A stretch of 63,950 bases of DNA, the filler included, from Armatimonadota bacterium (GTDB lineage Bacteria; Armatimonadota; Fimbriimonadia; Fimbriimonadales; Fimbriimonadaceae): assembly GCA_031400935.1 (NCBI GenBank). It is 4 parts of 4 records of this genome, joined end to end, with 100 filler letters (N's around TTAATTAATTAA, not from the genome) between each part and the next. Parts side by side here need not be neighbours in the genome. Positions count along the whole stretch, not along the records: positions 1 to 30,939 come from JANNQV010000008.1; 3 more parts are not named here. One strand, written 5' to 3'. Below are positions 11,325-21,685 of this stretch, piece by piece. The notes under the pieces are model-generated. The model did not search any database. It was not told the origin of the DNA and worked only from the letters and a program-made list of their open reading frames with translations. The position numbers and the translations under genes were made by a program. Position 1 is the stretch's first letter, and every line of letters starts with the position of its first letter.

Positions 11325-11342
11325 CTTAACAATCCCTTAATA
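11325..11342 (+). promoter_or_regulatory. Putative Pho box
   Basis: CTTAACA-N4-CTTAATA direct repeat with 11-bp period upstream of pstS. Confidence 0.55.
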
Positions 11343-11396
11343 CTTCGTTGGTAGCTTTTGTTAAGGTGGAGTGTTCCATCAAGGCTAAAAACAAGA

Positions 11397-12455
11397 ATGA
11401 AAAAGAAAGTTTTATCTGGATCGTTTGCAACACTTTGTGCCGTTACGGCATTTACCTTTGTAGCAGGTGGTTGCGGAATGGGAGGCGCTGGCAATAGTGC
11501 TCCGGTCGCATCGGTTCCTGCTTCGACATCCCCGGCGAGCTCGTCCCTAACCGGAGACATTCGTATTGACGGCTCAAGCACAGTTTTTCCAATTGGCAGA
11601 GCGTTGGCCCAAGAATTCATGGGCAAGAATCCTGGCGTAAAAGTAACCGTTGCGGAAAGCGGCACGGGCGGCGGATTCAAGAAATTCATCGCCGGAGAAA
11701 TTGAGATTGCTACAGCTTCGCGAACCATAGACGAAAAGGAAATCGCGCAATTAAAGGAAGCGAACATTGAATTTATTGAGATTCCAATCGCCTTTGATGG
11801 CTTGACAGTCGTCGTAAATCCAAAAAACACATGGGCAAATTCACTCACAACCGCTGAGCTCAAGAGAATTTGGGAACCAGGCAGCACGGTCAAGACTTGG
11901 AAGGACGTTAACCCGATCTTCCCTTCAAGCCCCATCAAGTTCTTCAGCCCAGGCACAGACAGCGGGACATTCGATTACTTTACGGAAGCGATCAACGGAA
12001 AGAAAAAGGAGCAAAGAAACGACGCTCAAACTTCGGAAGACGACAACACATTGGTTACCGGAATCGCTGGCGAAGTGAACTCGATCGGCTACTTCGGCTA
12101 TTCCTACTTCGAAGGCAACAAAGACAAGGTCAAGGCAATCAGCATTGATAACGGAAACGGAGCAGTAGCTCCTTCTCCAGAATCCATCCAAAACAACACC
12201 TATGCACCGCTTTCTCGTCCGCTTTTCTTGTATGTTTCAAAGAAGGCATTGGACTCCAATCCCGCGGTTAAAGCTATCGTAGAATTCTTCTTTAGCCAAG
12301 GAACTGGCTTGATAGGAGAGGTAGGATACGTAGCGTTTAGCGCAGAAGACTACGCAGCGGTAAAGTCGCACTTTGACACTAAGCAAGTGGGTTCAGTTTT
12401 TGCAGGCAAGAAAACGGTTGGCATGTCCATTCAGCAAATTCTCAAAGGTGAGTAA
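11397..12455 (+). CDS. pstS: Phosphate ABC transporter substrate-binding lipoprotein
   Basis: Lipobox AGGC, IDGSSTVFP, SGTGGG, DSGTFDYF. Confidence 0.95.
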   Translation: MKKKVLSGSFATLCAVTAFTFVAGGCGMGGAGNSAPVASVPASTSPASSSLTGDIRIDGSSTVFPIGRALAQEFMGKNPGVKVTVAESGTGGGFKKFIAGEIEIATASRTIDEKEIAQLKEANIEFIEIPIAFDGLTVVVNPKNTWANSLTTAELKRIWEPGSTVKTWKDVNPIFPSSPIKFFSPGTDSGTFDYFTEAINGKKKEQRNDAQTSEDDNTLVTGIAGEVNSIGYFGYSYFEGNKDKVKAISIDNGNGAVAPSPESIQNNTYAPLSRPLFLYVSKKALDSNPAVKAIVEFFFSQGTGLIGEVGYVAFSAEDYAAVKSHFDTKQVGSVFAGKKTVGMSIQQILKGE

Positions 12456-12464
12456 CTAGAAACG

Positions 12465-13403
12465 ATGGCGCACGTTCAAGGCATGGGTCCCGCTTTCACA
12501 AAGGCGAACAACCGGTCACCTCGGCGATTGAAAGAAGGCATCATTCGATACCTTTGCCTTGCTTGTGCCCTGATCTCAGTTGTGACTACCTTTGGGATTA
12601 TTTGGACCCTTCTCAGCGAAGGGCTTCACTTTTTCCAAGAAGTTCCTATTTTGGATTTTCTGCTTGGAACTAAGTGGTCTCCACAGATGAATCCAGTTTC
12701 CTATGGCGTTCTGCCATTGGTTTCTGGCACGGCGATGATCGCGTTCGGTTCTGCAATCATTGCCATTCCGCTTGGTTTGATGGCGGCGATATTTTTGAGC
12801 GAATATGCAAACCTGCGAGTTCGGTCCATCTTAAAACCACTACTTGAAATTCTTGCTGGAATTCCTACAGTTGTGTACGGCTATTTCGCGCTTACGGTTG
12901 TTACGCCTTGGCTTCGAACTCTGTTTGGGCAAGAACGGGTTGAAGTCTTCAACGGCGCTTCTGGATGCATCGTTGTCGGCATCATGGTTTTGCCGCTTGT
13001 TTGCTCTCTTTGCGAAGATGCGCTATCTGCTGTACCTTCAACGCTTCGAGAGGGAGCGTATGGTCTTGGTTCAACCAAGTTCGAAGTAATCCGAAAAATC
13101 GTCGTTCCCTCCGCCCTTTCGGGAATCATGGCGGCATTCATACTAGCTATTTCAAGAGCGGTCGGTGAGACAATGGCTGTAACATTGGCAAGTGGCAACA
13201 AGCCGTCAATGAGCTTGAATCCTTTTGAAGGAATTCAGACTATGACTGCGTACATTGTTCAGATCACAAGAGGCGACACGCCAAGCGGAACGACCGCTTA
13301 CTACACGCTCTACGCTGTTGGATTGACCCTATTTGCCTTCACATTTGGCATGAACATCATTGCTCGTAGACTCGTAAAGAAATTTCGGCAGGCATACGAA
13401 TAA
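12465..13403 (+). CDS. pstC: Phosphate ABC permease
   Basis: EILAGIPTVVYG, SRAVGETMAV. Confidence 0.95.
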   Translation: MAHVQGMGPAFTKANNRSPRRLKEGIIRYLCLACALISVVTTFGIIWTLLSEGLHFFQEVPILDFLLGTKWSPQMNPVSYGVLPLVSGTAMIAFGSAIIAIPLGLMAAIFLSEYANLRVRSILKPLLEILAGIPTVVYGYFALTVVTPWLRTLFGQERVEVFNGASGCIVVGIMVLPLVCSLCEDALSAVPSTLREGAYGLGSTKFEVIRKIVVPSALSGIMAAFILAISRAVGETMAVTLASGNKPSMSLNPFEGIQTMTAYIVQITRGDTPSGTTAYYTLYAVGLTLFAFTFGMNIIARRLVKKFRQAYE

Positions 13404-14335
13404 TGAGCGTCGCTCTTCCTCCTCCAAGAATTTCAGACAAAGCGGCAGTCATGCAAGCTCAATCCACTAAATTTTCTCGAATTCCCCTAAGCAGGCGAGT
13501 GCCGGACAAGGTGTTTGGAGTTGTCTGCATGATTGCATCTCTAGTAGGAATCGCGCTATTGGGATTGCTCTTGTACCGAATCGGGCTTGATGGGTACAAA
13601 AGAGTCTCGCCAACATTCCTAACTACCTTTGATAACTGGAGGCCGCACTTGGCTGGAGTTAAAGCGGCACTCGTTGGAACCATTTGGGTCATGGTCTTGA
13701 CGGCGCTTTTTTCAGTACCCATTGGAGTTGCCGCTGCGGTATATCTGGAAGAGTTCAATCGCAGAAAGAGTCGATTTTCGGAGTTTATTCAACTCAATAT
13801 TTCAAATCTAGCTGGAGTGCCATCCATTGTATATGGGATATTAGGCTTAACAATCTTCGTGCGATGGTTGGCACTCGGACAGAGTGTTCTTGCAGGTGCA
13901 TTGACAATGTCCTTACTGGTCCTTCCGCTCTTAATTACTGTGACTCAGGAAGCGTTGAAAGCCGTTCCACCAAGCTTGCGTGAAGGCTCATTCGCACTCG
14001 GAGCGACAGAATGGCAGACAATTTATAGGCAAGTTTTGCCGGCTGCATCGCCAGGGATCATGACCGGAATCATTCTTTCGATGTCACGGGCAATTGGGGA
14101 AACGGCTCCGCTCTTGCTCGTTGGCGCAGCTGGATTCATAACATTTGTTCCTCAGAATCTTAAGGACGGATTTACAGTTCTCCCCATTCAAATCTATAGC
14201 TGGGCGAACATGCCAGAGCCAAAGTACCAAGAGGCTGCCGCGGCTGCAATTATCGTGCTTTTGGTTTCGCTCTTACTATTGAATATGGCGGCGATTTTGT
14301 TGCGAATCCGTGCTTCGAAGAAACTTCGGCCGTAA
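13403..14335 (+). CDS. pstA: Phosphate ABC permease
   Basis: NLAGVPSIVYG, SRAIGETAPL; TAATG overlap with pstC. Confidence 0.95.
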   Translation: MSVALPPPRISDKAAVMQAQSTKFSRIPLSRRVPDKVFGVVCMIASLVGIALLGLLLYRIGLDGYKRVSPTFLTTFDNWRPHLAGVKAALVGTIWVMVLTALFSVPIGVAAAVYLEEFNRRKSRFSEFIQLNISNLAGVPSIVYGILGLTIFVRWLALGQSVLAGALTMSLLVLPLLITVTQEALKAVPPSLREGSFALGATEWQTIYRQVLPAASPGIMTGIILSMSRAIGETAPLLLVGAAGFITFVPQNLKDGFTVLPIQIYSWANMPEPKYQEAAAAAIIVLLVSLLLLNMAAILLRIRASKKLRP

Positions 14336-14347
14336 CGATTCGCCACA

Positions 14348-15430
14348 ATGAACTCTATGCGTCCAGAGTCGCTCGCTTTTTTAGAAAACATCGTCAATAC
14401 TCCATCGCCTTCAGGATACGAAGAAAGAGCCGCCGAAGTATATCGACAGTACTGCACCCCGTTTGCGGACAAAATCCATACCGATATTCATGGAAGTGTC
14501 TGGGCAATCGCAAATCCCGAAGCAGAAATGAAAATTATGCTTGCTGGACATATGGATGAAATTGGTTTTATCATTCATTACATTGACGACCAGGGATTTC
14601 TATATTTTCAAGGCATTGGTGGGCATGACAGTACGATCCCAGTTGGGCAAAAAGTTTGGATTCATGGCAAAGAGCAGATTCCAGGCGTGATCGGGCGCAA
14701 AGCGATTCACCTTTTGGAAGAAGACGAGCGAAAAAAGAAGCCGGAAATGAAAGATCTTTGGATTGACATTGGCGCTTCAACCAAAGAGGAAGCGGAAGCT
14801 GTTGTTTCGCTCGGCGACGTAGCTACATACCAATACGAATTTCAACGGTTAATGGGAGATCGAGCCGTCGCGCGTGGCTTTGACAATAAAATGGGTTCGT
14901 TTGTGGTTGCTGAGGCACTGCGGCTCTTGAAGCAGGACGGCGGACTTGACCCGAAAGTTGGCGTTTATGCGGTGGCGACAGTACAAGAAGAAATTGGGCT
15001 ACGCGGCGCTAGAACCTCGGCATATGGAATCGGCGCACAATCTGGATTGGCAGTTGATGTAAATCACGCGATTGACTACCCAAGCGTCAGCAAATCACGT
15101 TACGGCCAGTTGGATGTCGGCAAAGGTCCTTCAGTCATGCGTGGCGCAAATGCAAACCCAACGGTTTTCAAAATGATTCGGGAAGGGGCGGCTAAGGAGG
15201 ACATCCCCTATCAGGTTGATGTGGCACCGGGCGGAACCGGAACCGACGGCAACGCTATGCAGATCAATCAGAGCGGGATGGCGGTTGGAATTCTGGGCGT
15301 TGCACTTCGCTATATGCATACTCCGGTAGAACTGCTTTCGCTTACGGATGTTTTCGACTGCGCTCGAATCATGGCTGCTTATTGCCGGTTGGTTACGCCT
15401 GAAACCGATTTCACGCCCCGATTAGGATAA
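14348..15430 (+). CDS. M42-family metallo-aminopeptidase
   Basis: AGHMDEIG, FDNK, QEEIGLRGA, GTDG, RYMHTPVE. Confidence 0.93.
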   Translation: MNSMRPESLAFLENIVNTPSPSGYEERAAEVYRQYCTPFADKIHTDIHGSVWAIANPEAEMKIMLAGHMDEIGFIIHYIDDQGFLYFQGIGGHDSTIPVGQKVWIHGKEQIPGVIGRKAIHLLEEDERKKKPEMKDLWIDIGASTKEEAEAVVSLGDVATYQYEFQRLMGDRAVARGFDNKMGSFVVAEALRLLKQDGGLDPKVGVYAVATVQEEIGLRGARTSAYGIGAQSGLAVDVNHAIDYPSVSKSRYGQLDVGKGPSVMRGANANPTVFKMIREGAAKEDIPYQVDVAPGGTGTDGNAMQINQSGMAVGILGVALRYMHTPVELLSLTDVFDCARIMAAYCRLVTPETDFTPRLG

Positions 15431-16671
15431 GCCAGTCTGCGAATCGCCCTAGTACTTGCCTCAAAAACCCTCTGAGCGGTCTCTTGGCCGTGGAAAGCGA
15501 GGGATGCCTCATAGCCTCCTCGTGCGTAATCGCCGGCTTCGAGAATGTATCCGATCCAACCATTCACATGGCTTGTTACCAAAACGAAATCGAATCCTAG
15601 CCCTTTGCCATAGTCGCGAATCCTCCGCCCCAAAGCCGAGGTCGGCTCGCCAGGTACTCCGACGACACAAATCTTCCCGATGCGAAAAGCTGAAATCTCG
15701 GCCTGGGTTGGGGCGAATTTTGTGATGATTGAGTTTGCAAGTGGAACCGGGACTTTGTTGAGCTTGGCAAATTCGGGATTTGGCGAGACGGCTGAAAGGG
15801 CAATGCTTTCTGAGGCCCAGTCCAACTTGGGTTTTTGGTAATGAATCGTGCGTCTCGGCTTTTCAGTCTCGACATACATGAGCTTTTCGTACATGTTCAA
15901 CCAAAATTGGTTGATCTTCACCCGAAAAATATCTCCTTCGGCTTTCGGCGAGACATCGCCAATCGCCCCAACTAGTACAGGCGAGGAATTTGACAGATCC
16001 CATGCTTGCCCAGGCCAATCTGCATGAGTTTTGTTGTTTTCTGGCCCAACAATCGTTGCGTGTGCTGAATACCAAAAGAAGAGATCGCTCCGAATTCTTA
16101 AGGGACTCGATAGTTCTCCTGACCAAACGTGGAGAGCCAATTGATCTGGAATTGCACCTTGGCGGCGCCCATGATTAGCATCAACGTGCGCGAAATCAGC
16201 GTTTATTGAATCACTTTTGAATTGATATGTAGAAAGGATGCCATTAATGCTTCTCGAAATCGTGTTTGCGTACCATTCCAATTTCGATGGGTCGAATTTT
16301 GCGATCCCAGGAATGGTAAAAGTCATCCGATCATTTAACATTTGGCTATCAGGCGCTGAATGAGTGTGAGTTGCGGCCAGAAACAGGCGAACATCCGAAG
16401 GAATTTTCGCCTTCACCTCTCGAACCAAACTTTCGGGAATTGTAAGGAGGTCGCAACTTACGACGACGACAATCGTATCGTTGTTTTTGAATTTAAGGAT
16501 TCGACCATAGAGCGGATTGCCCCCCTGGTCTGCTGGCTTCGAGCCTCGTGCCGTATATCCGCCAAGCGAAAACGGACGCGGTGGTACGAGATCAAAGTAT
16601 GAATTTGATATCTGAAGGACTCCTAGCGGAAGAACAAGAGTAGCACCAGCAAGCACCAATGCGATCGACAT
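15379..16671 (-). CDS. Neutral/alkaline ceramidase-family secreted protein
   Basis: LGGY, ATHTHSAP, GDVSP, GVPGEP, GGYEA. Confidence 0.8.
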   Translation of the reverse strand: MSIALVLAGATLVLPLGVLQISNSYFDLVPPRPFSLGGYTARGSKPADQGGNPLYGRILKFKNNDTIVVVVSCDLLTIPESLVREVKAKIPSDVRLFLAATHTHSAPDSQMLNDRMTFTIPGIAKFDPSKLEWYANTISRSINGILSTYQFKSDSINADFAHVDANHGRRQGAIPDQLALHVWSGELSSPLRIRSDLFFWYSAHATIVGPENNKTHADWPGQAWDLSNSSPVLVGAIGDVSPKAEGDIFRVKINQFWLNMYEKLMYVETEKPRRTIHYQKPKLDWASESIALSAVSPNPEFAKLNKVPVPLANSIITKFAPTQAEISAFRIGKICVVGVPGEPTSALGRRIRDYGKGLGFDFVLVTSHVNGWIGYILEAGDYARGGYEASLAFHGQETAQRVFEASTRAIRRLAYPNRGVKSVSGVTNRQ

Positions 16672-16721
16672 AGTCCCAGTTTACTGCTCGGAAGTCACGC
16701 TTTCTGCTAGACTTTTCTTGT

Positions 16722-18317
16722 ATGAGCTTTACGGTCGAATTGGCTGCCGATCAATTTTCAGTCGATGCAGGCTCGACAATACCCCTCACATTTTCTGTTT
16801 CGAACACAGGTTCGGATGCAGAACAGCTTGAAATTTCAGTAGAGGGGCTCGATTCGGATTGGACTGCGATTCCGATTCCGACCTTTCCTTTGGCACCTGG
16901 AGAGAAACAAAGCGAAAAGATTTTTTTGAAGCCGCCAAGAGTCAGTGAAAGCCAAGCGGGCGACTACCCGTTTGTTGTTCGAATTCGGAGTTTGGAGTCA
17001 GGAGAATCTCGTGGGCTTCAGGCAATGCTGGCGATCAAGCCGTTTCATTCGCTCAGCATGGAGATTTCACCCAAAAAGGGAATGTATTCACCCACTCGAA
17101 AAGAAAACAGTTTCGAGATAACGGTAATGAATTTGGGAAATAGCGAGCAGTCCTTGCAACTCTTCGCAAATGACCCAGAAGACGAGCTCATCTATACGTT
17201 TGACCAGGAGCAAATTGCGCTCGGGCCTGGGCAAACCAAAAATGTCGAAGTTTTGGCAGAACCTTCGAAAACAAGAATCCTGGCAACTTCTCGGCTTCAT
17301 GGATTTTCAATCGGATGTCGAGGGACAGATAATTCTTCATTAGTTTGTACTTCGCAAGCCCAATTGGAGCAAAAAGCGTTTCTTTCTCCCGGTAATTTCG
17401 CGCTTTTGTTAGCGATTTTAGCAATCTTCTTCGGTTGGCTCGCACTGATTCCTAAGCCGCCCGAAATGGCTTTTCTTCGATTGAGCAGGGCCGATGTATT
17501 CGCGGGAGACACCGTAATGGTGCGCTGGAATGCCAATAATGCATCAAGAGTTCGAATCAAATTGGGTTCAGAAACCCTCGTTGACGGCCCAGAACAAAAT
17601 GGAAATCATGAATTTACGGCTTCGACAAGTGGAACAGTTGAAGCGATTGCTATTCGTGATGGAAAGCAAAGCGAAAGCCTGACCGCAGACTTAAGGGTTA
17701 GCGAAAAACCCATCGTTCCCGATCCCAAAATTGAAACTTTTTCGATTTCGCCAAAAACAGTTGACAAAGGAGAGAAACTGACGATTCGCTATCGGGTGAG
17801 CGAGGATGTCGTAAAACTGACCTTGTCGCCTCCAGGCCAAATTCTTGACACAAAAATTGATACAATTGTCATTCCTGCAGACGTGGCAGGCTCAATTGTC
17901 TACAAACTTGTGGCTGAAAACTCGGCTGGGAAAACCGTGACCGAATCTGTTACGGTTTCTGTCAATGACGCTACATTGCCGCGAATTGATGAATTCAAAG
18001 CGACTCCAGACAAGGTAGAAGGCGAGATAGCAACCATCACAGTTTCCTGGCGAACCACGAACGCGGTTCGCATTGAAATTGTCGCTGACTCAGAAAAAGT
18101 GGAAGTCACCGAATCCACGGGATCACGCGATTTTATAGTGAGCAAGACTACGGACTTCACGATCACGGCATTTGATAGCCAAGGGAGGACTGCGATTAAG
18201 AAGATGCGTGTCGTAGTCAAGCCTTCTGCAACAATTGATCCTTCAACCGACCCGGCCTCAACTACGGGCGGCGGCGGCAATCCCACAACTCGCACAACTG
18301 GTGGAATCCGGCGTTAA
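16722..18317 (+). CDS. Membrane-anchored protein with multiple Ig-like/beta-sandwich domains
   Basis: N-terminal NEW3-like repeats, single TM (~aa 225-243), three C-terminal Ig-like repeats. Confidence 0.65.
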   Translation: MSFTVELAADQFSVDAGSTIPLTFSVSNTGSDAEQLEISVEGLDSDWTAIPIPTFPLAPGEKQSEKIFLKPPRVSESQAGDYPFVVRIRSLESGESRGLQAMLAIKPFHSLSMEISPKKGMYSPTRKENSFEITVMNLGNSEQSLQLFANDPEDELIYTFDQEQIALGPGQTKNVEVLAEPSKTRILATSRLHGFSIGCRGTDNSSLVCTSQAQLEQKAFLSPGNFALLLAILAIFFGWLALIPKPPEMAFLRLSRADVFAGDTVMVRWNANNASRVRIKLGSETLVDGPEQNGNHEFTASTSGTVEAIAIRDGKQSESLTADLRVSEKPIVPDPKIETFSISPKTVDKGEKLTIRYRVSEDVVKLTLSPPGQILDTKIDTIVIPADVAGSIVYKLVAENSAGKTVTESVTVSVNDATLPRIDEFKATPDKVEGEIATITVSWRTTNAVRIEIVADSEKVEVTESTGSRDFIVSKTTDFTITAFDSQGRTAIKKMRVVVKPSATIDPSTDPASTTGGGGNPTTRTTGGIRR

Positions 18318-19861
18318 TGCGGACTGCCCTTCTTTCTGTCACCGACAAAACTGGAATTGTCGAGCTCGCAAAACGACTCGTCGCTATTGATTTCAGATTG
18401 CTTTCAACTGGCGGGACAGCGAAAACCCTTCGCGAAGCAGGATTGTCTGTCACAGACGTTTCGAAAATCACGGGCTTTCCTGAAATACTAAACGGCCGAG
18501 TTAAGACACTCCACCCGAAGATTCATGGAGGATTGCTTGGCGACTTGCGGCTTGATTCGCATCGAACAGCAATGGCAGAGCATGAGATCGGGGCGATTGA
18601 ACTCTTATGCGTGAACCTCTATCAATTCGCAGACACGATTTCAAAGCCGCATTCGCTTGACGAGGCGATCGAGTCAATTGACATCGGCGGACCTGCGATG
18701 ATTCGTGCCGGCGCCAAGAATTTTGCGAATGTAACAGTCGTCGTTGACCCAAAAGACTATGATTCTGTTTTGAGGTCTGTCGAAGTTGGAACTACTTTTG
18801 AAGAGAGGCATCAGCTTGCCGCCAAAGCATTTCGACACACCGCTTTTTATGATTCCATGGTTTCGAGGTTTTTGACTTCGAATTCTGGTGAAGCGGGTTG
18901 GCCCGAAACCATAACCGTCGGAATGCAATGGGACAATCGCGAACTTCGATATGGCGAGAACCCGCACCAAATGGGGGCGAGATATCTTGATCCTTTGACC
19001 AAATCCGATAGCTTGCGTCCAGCCGTGCTAAGTTCGGGCAAAGAAATTAGCTACAACAACTGGCTGGATGCAGAGGCGGCTTGGGAACTGGTCAGCGACC
19101 TGCCGATTGGCGCTTGCGCGATTTTCAAGCACGGCAATCCTTGCGGTGTTGCAATTGGGTCGAATCTGGGTCAAAGCTACCGCTCTGCAAAAGAAACCGA
19201 TCCCATTTCGGCGTTTGGCGGTGTGGTGGCATTCCACGGCAAATTAGATCACTCGGCAGTTGAAGCGCTGACCGACAAGGGGAACTTTCTCGAAGTAATC
19301 ATCAGCGAGGGATGGTCCGATCCCGAATTAGGCGAAGAATTCTTAAAAGGCGCCGCCTGGACAAAAAATGTTAGATTCTTGGAAGCAGACATCGCCTCTA
19401 AAACGAGTTACCAAACGATCAGATCCATTCGAGGCGGATATCTGGTTCAAGATTCTGATGAGGAACCGAGCCAAAAAAACTGGGAAGTTGTTACATTGTT
19501 GCAGCCAACAGAAAACCAGAGTCAAGCAATAAAGTTTCTTTGGGCAATCATTCCCCATGTCAAATCGAATGCAATTGTTGTCGGAACTGAAAATAGACTT
19601 TTGGGAGTCGGTGCAGGGCAAATGAACCGAGTACAAAGTGTGAGGCTCGCAATTGGGCAAGCCGGAAGCGGCGCAAGCGGTGCAGTTTTGGCGAGCGATG
19701 CGTTCTTCCCGTTTCCTGACAGCATCGAAACCGCCGCAAATGCGGGCATTTCCGCTATCATTCAGCCCGGCGGCAGCAAAAAAGATTCAGAAGTGATCGA
19801 AGCTGCGAACGAATTAGGAATTGCAATGGTCTTTACAGGTGTTCGACATTTTCGACATTAA
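18317..19861 (+). CDS. purH: Bifunctional AICAR transformylase / IMP cyclohydrolase
   Basis: ALLSVTDKTG, GRVKTLHP, IDIGGP, RYGENPHQ, KHGNPCG, SDAFFPF, RHFRH. Confidence 0.98.
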   Translation: MRTALLSVTDKTGIVELAKRLVAIDFRLLSTGGTAKTLREAGLSVTDVSKITGFPEILNGRVKTLHPKIHGGLLGDLRLDSHRTAMAEHEIGAIELLCVNLYQFADTISKPHSLDEAIESIDIGGPAMIRAGAKNFANVTVVVDPKDYDSVLRSVEVGTTFEERHQLAAKAFRHTAFYDSMVSRFLTSNSGEAGWPETITVGMQWDNRELRYGENPHQMGARYLDPLTKSDSLRPAVLSSGKEISYNNWLDAEAAWELVSDLPIGACAIFKHGNPCGVAIGSNLGQSYRSAKETDPISAFGGVVAFHGKLDHSAVEALTDKGNFLEVIISEGWSDPELGEEFLKGAAWTKNVRFLEADIASKTSYQTIRSIRGGYLVQDSDEEPSQKNWEVVTLLQPTENQSQAIKFLWAIIPHVKSNAIVVGTENRLLGVGAGQMNRVQSVRLAIGQAGSGASGAVLASDAFFPFPDSIETAANAGISAIIQPGGSKKDSEVIEAANELGIAMVFTGVRHFRH

Positions 19862-19927
19862 TTGCCGAAAATCAGATGTAACGGATCGGTTCCGTGGTAT
19901 CGTCTAACAGATAGCGAGGTTTATGGA

Positions 19928-20239
19928 TTGAAAAATCAAAACGATATGATCGTCATGATTGTGACCGCAGTTCTGGCAATCGGAACTCTGGCTGCATTTT
20001 ATTTTACGAAGCCGGTCCCGGTTATGCCACCGCAGCCTGAAGCTGTTGTAGTGGCTCCACCCCAATTGCCGACGGGCGACGTAGTAATGGCAAACGCTTT
20101 ACCAAATGCGTCTGGCGGCGGCGCTGGTGCTGGTGCATCAACAGCTTCTGCTTCCGCTGGATTTGGCGGTCGCGGTGGTGGTGGCGGCGCGGGTGCTGGC
20201 ACTAAACCAGGGCTGTCTGGAACTGTCTTGGGCGGCTAG
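19928..20239 (+). CDS. Small membrane-anchored Pro/Gly-rich protein
   Basis: GAGG RBS with TTG start, TM helix, low-complexity tail, downstream terminator. Confidence 0.65.
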   Translation: MKNQNDMIVMIVTAVLAIGTLAAFYFTKPVPVMPPQPEAVVVAPPQLPTGDVVMANALPNASGGGAGAGASTASASAGFGGRGGGGGAGAGTKPGLSGTVLGG

Positions 20240-20273
20240 TAAACCAGACGTAAAACGTCAAAACATCCAATTT

Positions 20274-20305
20274 GAAGCCGTCTGAAATTTATCAGACGGC
20301 TTCTT
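20274..20305 (+). terminator. Intrinsic terminator
   Basis: gaagccgtctga-aattta-tcagacggcttc-tt. Confidence 0.75.
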
Positions 20306-20364
20306 GCTATCTAAGCTCAATCTAAGCCACACTATGGGTGTCTGCCAATTGCAGATGCAACGCC

Positions 20365-20631
20365 ATGGCGACACCTCCTGTCCTTAACGTAGGATTTTAC
20401 AATTACGTACTCACCGACAAAATTGTTGCTCTTGTTAGCAGCGAGTCGGCCCCAATTCGGCGTTTGATTCAATCTTTGCGAAAATCCGGCAACCTGATTG
20501 ACGCCACTCATGGTCGAAAGACCAAGTCAATAGTATTCACAACAGGCGATGCCGTTGTGCTTTCAGCAATTTCGCAAGAGACTTTAGCAAAACGGTTAAC
20601 TTCTGGAGATTATGGTTCCGATGAAGAATAA
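20365..20631 (+). CDS. remA: DUF370 / RemA-family regulator
   Basis: [49 protein letters not shown]. Confidence 0.88.
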   Translation: MATPPVLNVGFYNYVLTDKIVALVSSESAPIRRLIQSLRKSGNLIDATHGRKTKSIVFTTGDAVVLSAISQETLAKRLTSGDYGSDEE

Positions 20632-21685
20632 CCACAAAGCCGGATTTTTTCGGAATTTCAGCTCCCGATTCGGTAGTGATATCGGAATTGATCTTGGCAC
20701 TGCCAATACACTGGTTCACGTTGCCGGCCAAGGCATTGTGCTTCGTGAACCGAGCGTAGTCGCAATCAACAAAGATACTGGCGAGGTGCTTCAAGTCGGA
20801 GAGGAAGCCAGGCGAATGCTGGGCAGAACGCCGGCTAACATCGTAGCCATACGCCCTCTGAAAGATGGCGTGATTGCAGATTTTGATCAGACCGAAAAGA
20901 TGCTCCGATATTTTATCGGCAAGGTTTCGCGAAGGCTCTTTGCTTGGCATACAGTGGTTGTCGGAATTCCGAGCGGCGTGACTGAAGTCGAGCGTAGAGC
21001 CGTAATTGAAGCAACAGAAAAGGCTGGAGCGCACAGAGCTTACGTCATTGAAGAGCCGATGGCGGCAGCAATTGGTGCTGGATTGCCAATTATTGAACCT
21101 ATTGGTTCGATGATCGTTGACATCGGAGGTGGCACAACCGAAGTTGCGGTGATTTCATTGGCTGGAATCGTGCACTCTCGCTCGATTCGCGTTGCTGGAG
21201 ACGAAATTGACGAAGCAATAACAGCTTATGTGCGTAGAGCGTACAGCTTGTTCATAGGAGATCGAACGGCAGAGCAAGCCAAGATCGAAATAGGATCAGC
21301 TTTCCCACTTGCTCAAGAACTGGAAATCACGGTTAAGGGACGTGATCTGATCACAGGCTTGCCGAAACAAGCAACTATCACAAGCGAAGAAATCAGAATT
21401 GCCATTTCAGAACCGTTGAACGCAATTGTTGATGCAGTAAAGCTCACGTTAGAAGCCACCCCGCCAGAATTGGCGGCGGATTGCATGAATCATGGAATTG
21501 TCCTTGCTGGCGGCGGAGCACTTCTTAGAGGCATAGACAGGCTGATTTCACAAGAAACAGGTATGCCAGTTATTATAGCGAACGACCCACTTAGCTGCGT
21601 TGCAATGGGAACAGGAATGGTCGTCGAAGCGATGCGTGAAGATGATCAGCTTCGTCGAATGCTGGAGAAATCATCAAAGCTGTAA
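20612..21685 (+). CDS. mreB: Rod shape-determining actin homolog
   Basis: [32 protein letters not shown]. Confidence 0.98.
   Translation: MVPMKNNHKAGFFRNFSSRFGSDIGIDLGTANTLVHVAGQGIVLREPSVVAINKDTGEVLQVGEEARRMLGRTPANIVAIRPLKDGVIADFDQTEKMLRYFIGKVSRRLFAWHTVVVGIPSGVTEVERRAVIEATEKAGAHRAYVIEEPMAAAIGAGLPIIEPIGSMIVDIGGGTTEVAVISLAGIVHSRSIRVAGDEIDEAITAYVRRAYSLFIGDRTAEQAKIEIGSAFPLAQELEITVKGRDLITGLPKQATITSEEIRIAISEPLNAIVDAVKLTLEATPPELAADCMNHGIVLAGGGALLRGIDRLISQETGMPVIIANDPLSCVAMGTGMVVEAMREDDQLRRMLEKSSKL

Noticed and set aside
11300..11956. 218-aa minus-strand ORF and many similar overlapping ORFs in the track
   Set aside because: Antisense to well-supported genes (here pstS) and without recognisable motifs.
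20277..20300. GCCGTCTGAA, identical to the Neisseria DNA uptake sequence, in an inverted pair
   Set aside because: Single occurrence forming a terminator stem; no enrichment seen in the window.
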